Below are positions 62,769 through 64,000 of a stretch of DNA of 64,000 nt, piece after piece. The first letter of the stretch is position 1. Each line of letters opens with the position of its first letter. Position numbers and translations under genes: made by a program. The stretch is from Thermodesulfovibrionales bacterium (GTDB lineage Bacteria > Nitrospirota > Thermodesulfovibrionia > Thermodesulfovibrionales > SM23-35). The stretch is from positions 7,860-71,859 of the forward strand of contig CAVWBP010000011.1 in NCBI GenBank assembly GCA_963753165.1. The letters run 5' to 3'. A model generated the notes under the pieces. It had not been told where the DNA came from. It saw nothing but the letters and a program-made list of their open reading frames with translations, and ran no database searches.

Positions 62769-64000
62769 ATGAATGGTTCAGGAAATTGGGATTGGGATAC
62801 GAAAGAGAAATATGTCACAGATATAAACGAGTTAAGAAAGAAATTTCCATTAGTTCGTGAACTTGTCCCCAGCGATGATGGTGAGAAAATTGCCAACGCC
62901 GTCAGAAACGAAGAAAAAAGATTTACTACCTGTGTGAATGGAGAAACATGGGAAGAGACCTTTGAGAGGGTATACTCGCTGAAATTCAATCCTGACGGTC
63001 AACTGATTTCACTTGCGCTGAGAGACTATGAATGGTCTGTTATCATCGACCGTGAAATGTGGGAGGAAAAATTCGATTACGTCTGGAATCTCACCCTGAG
63101 TCCGGACGGAAAGAATATTGCAGTCAATATCAATAAAGACCAGATGAGCGCTGTTTGTCTCAACGGAAAAATTTGGGAGAATACATTTTTTGATGCAAGG
63201 GATGTTGCAATGAGTCAGGACGGAACCAAAACCGCTTCCCATGTACTGACCAAACGCCGTGCGGAATTGGATAATGTCGGTTTCATGAAAAAGAACTGGA
63301 CAGTTGCGGTAGATGGGACTGTCTGGGACAATACTTTTTTGAATACCTGGGGCGCTGTTTTCAGCCACGACGGCAATCGTGTCGCTGCTGTTGTCAGGAC
63401 TGATCTTGTGCAATACACCATTGCGATAGACGGAACCCCCTGGGAACAAACATTTGGAGTCGTCTGGGAGCCAATCGCCAAGCCGGGAAGTTCCGAGTTT
63501 GTTGCCCCTGTGCAGACCCCGAAAGGCTGGACACTTGCAATGAACGGAAAGCCGATATGGGGATATTTCTCACAAGTATGGAAGCAGGTATACAATAGTG
63601 ATGGCAGCAAATTAGCGGCTGTTGTTGCGAAAGGATTGGGTAACTGGACCGTAGCAGTCGATGGTACCCCATGGAATACGGTATTCAACCAGGTCGTGGA
63701 TACTCCTGTTTTTGGTCCCGACGGCAAGAAGGTTGCAGTTGCAATAAAAAATAATAACAAATGGACTATTGCGGTTGATGGTTCTCCGTGGCCGGAAACA
63801 TTCGAGAATGTTTGGACCCCGGTTTTCAGTCCGGGAAGCGATAAAGTTGCGGCGAAAGCGGAAAGAAACGGAAAATATTTTGTTGTTGTCGATGGAAAAA
63901 TTGGGAAGAAAGGGTATGAATCCCTTTGGGACCCTGCATTCAGTCCTGACGGGAGCAAACTCCTGGTTCGATGTGTAGACGATGGCAAGTATTATCGCAG
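62769..64000 (+). CDS. Second TmcD-like beta-propeller protein (runs off the window; absent from the ORF track)
   Basis: MNGSGNWDWDTKEKYVTDINE...SDDGEKIA...WTVAVDG.PW...FSPDGSKLLVRCVDDGKYYR, colinear with 47248-48507. Confidence 0.8.
   Translation, partial: MNGSGNWDWDTKEKYVTDINELRKKFPLVRELVPSDDGEKIANAVRNEEKRFTTCVNGETWEETFERVYSLKFNPDGQLISLALRDYEWSVIIDREMWEEKFDYVWNLTLSPDGKNIAVNINKDQMSAVCLNGKIWENTFFDARDVAMSQDGTKTASHVLTKRRAELDNVGFMKKNWTVAVDGTVWDNTFLNTWGAVFSHDGNRVAAVVRTDLVQYTIAIDGTPWEQTFGVVWEPIAKPGSSEFVAPVQTPKGWTLAMNGKPIWGYFSQVWKQVYNSDGSKLAAVVAKGLGNWTVAVDGTPWNTVFNQVVDTPVFGPDGKKVAVAIKNNNKWTIAVDGSPWPETFENVWTPVFSPGSDKVAAKAERNGKYFVVVDGKIGKKGYESLWDPAFSPDGSKLLVRCVDDGKYYR

Overview
Bacterial chromosomal window, probably from an anaerobic Nitrospirota/Thermodesulfovibrionia-like or deltaproteobacteria-like organism (inferred from gene content). 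Frequent single-base frameshifts in conserved genes suggest an unpolished long-read assembly. The first ~38 kb is mostly housekeeping: nfo, lpxC, mtnP, a sigma54 response regulator, yebC, glmU-glmS, pcrA, gatC, mgtE, rsmA, ftsH, ETF:quinone oxidoreductase, tol-pal-cpoB, moaA, namZ with a murU-amgK fusion, tRNA-Ser and tRNA-Pro. A small accessory islet beside tRNA-Ser carries two toxin-antitoxin pairs and integron-cassette relics. The right part is an energy/metal region: a group 3b [NiFe] hydrogenase operon bracketed by two near-identical 148-bp MITE-like elements, a truncated IS630, a DUF134/CGGC/NifX operon, a Tmc/Hmc-type redox complex (16-heme cytochrome, probable selenocysteine HmcF), a caspase plus transglutaminase-like pair, and a Fur-boxed NifX/MinD-ATPase operon. 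The standout is an apparently non-coding ~570-nt segment (about 44276-44842) that replaces the IS630 3' end. It has its own sigma70-like promoter, a terminal hairpin and many local and long-range helices with + strand G-U pairs. I read it as a large ornate ncRNA resembling the ROOL class; the family assignment is unverified.
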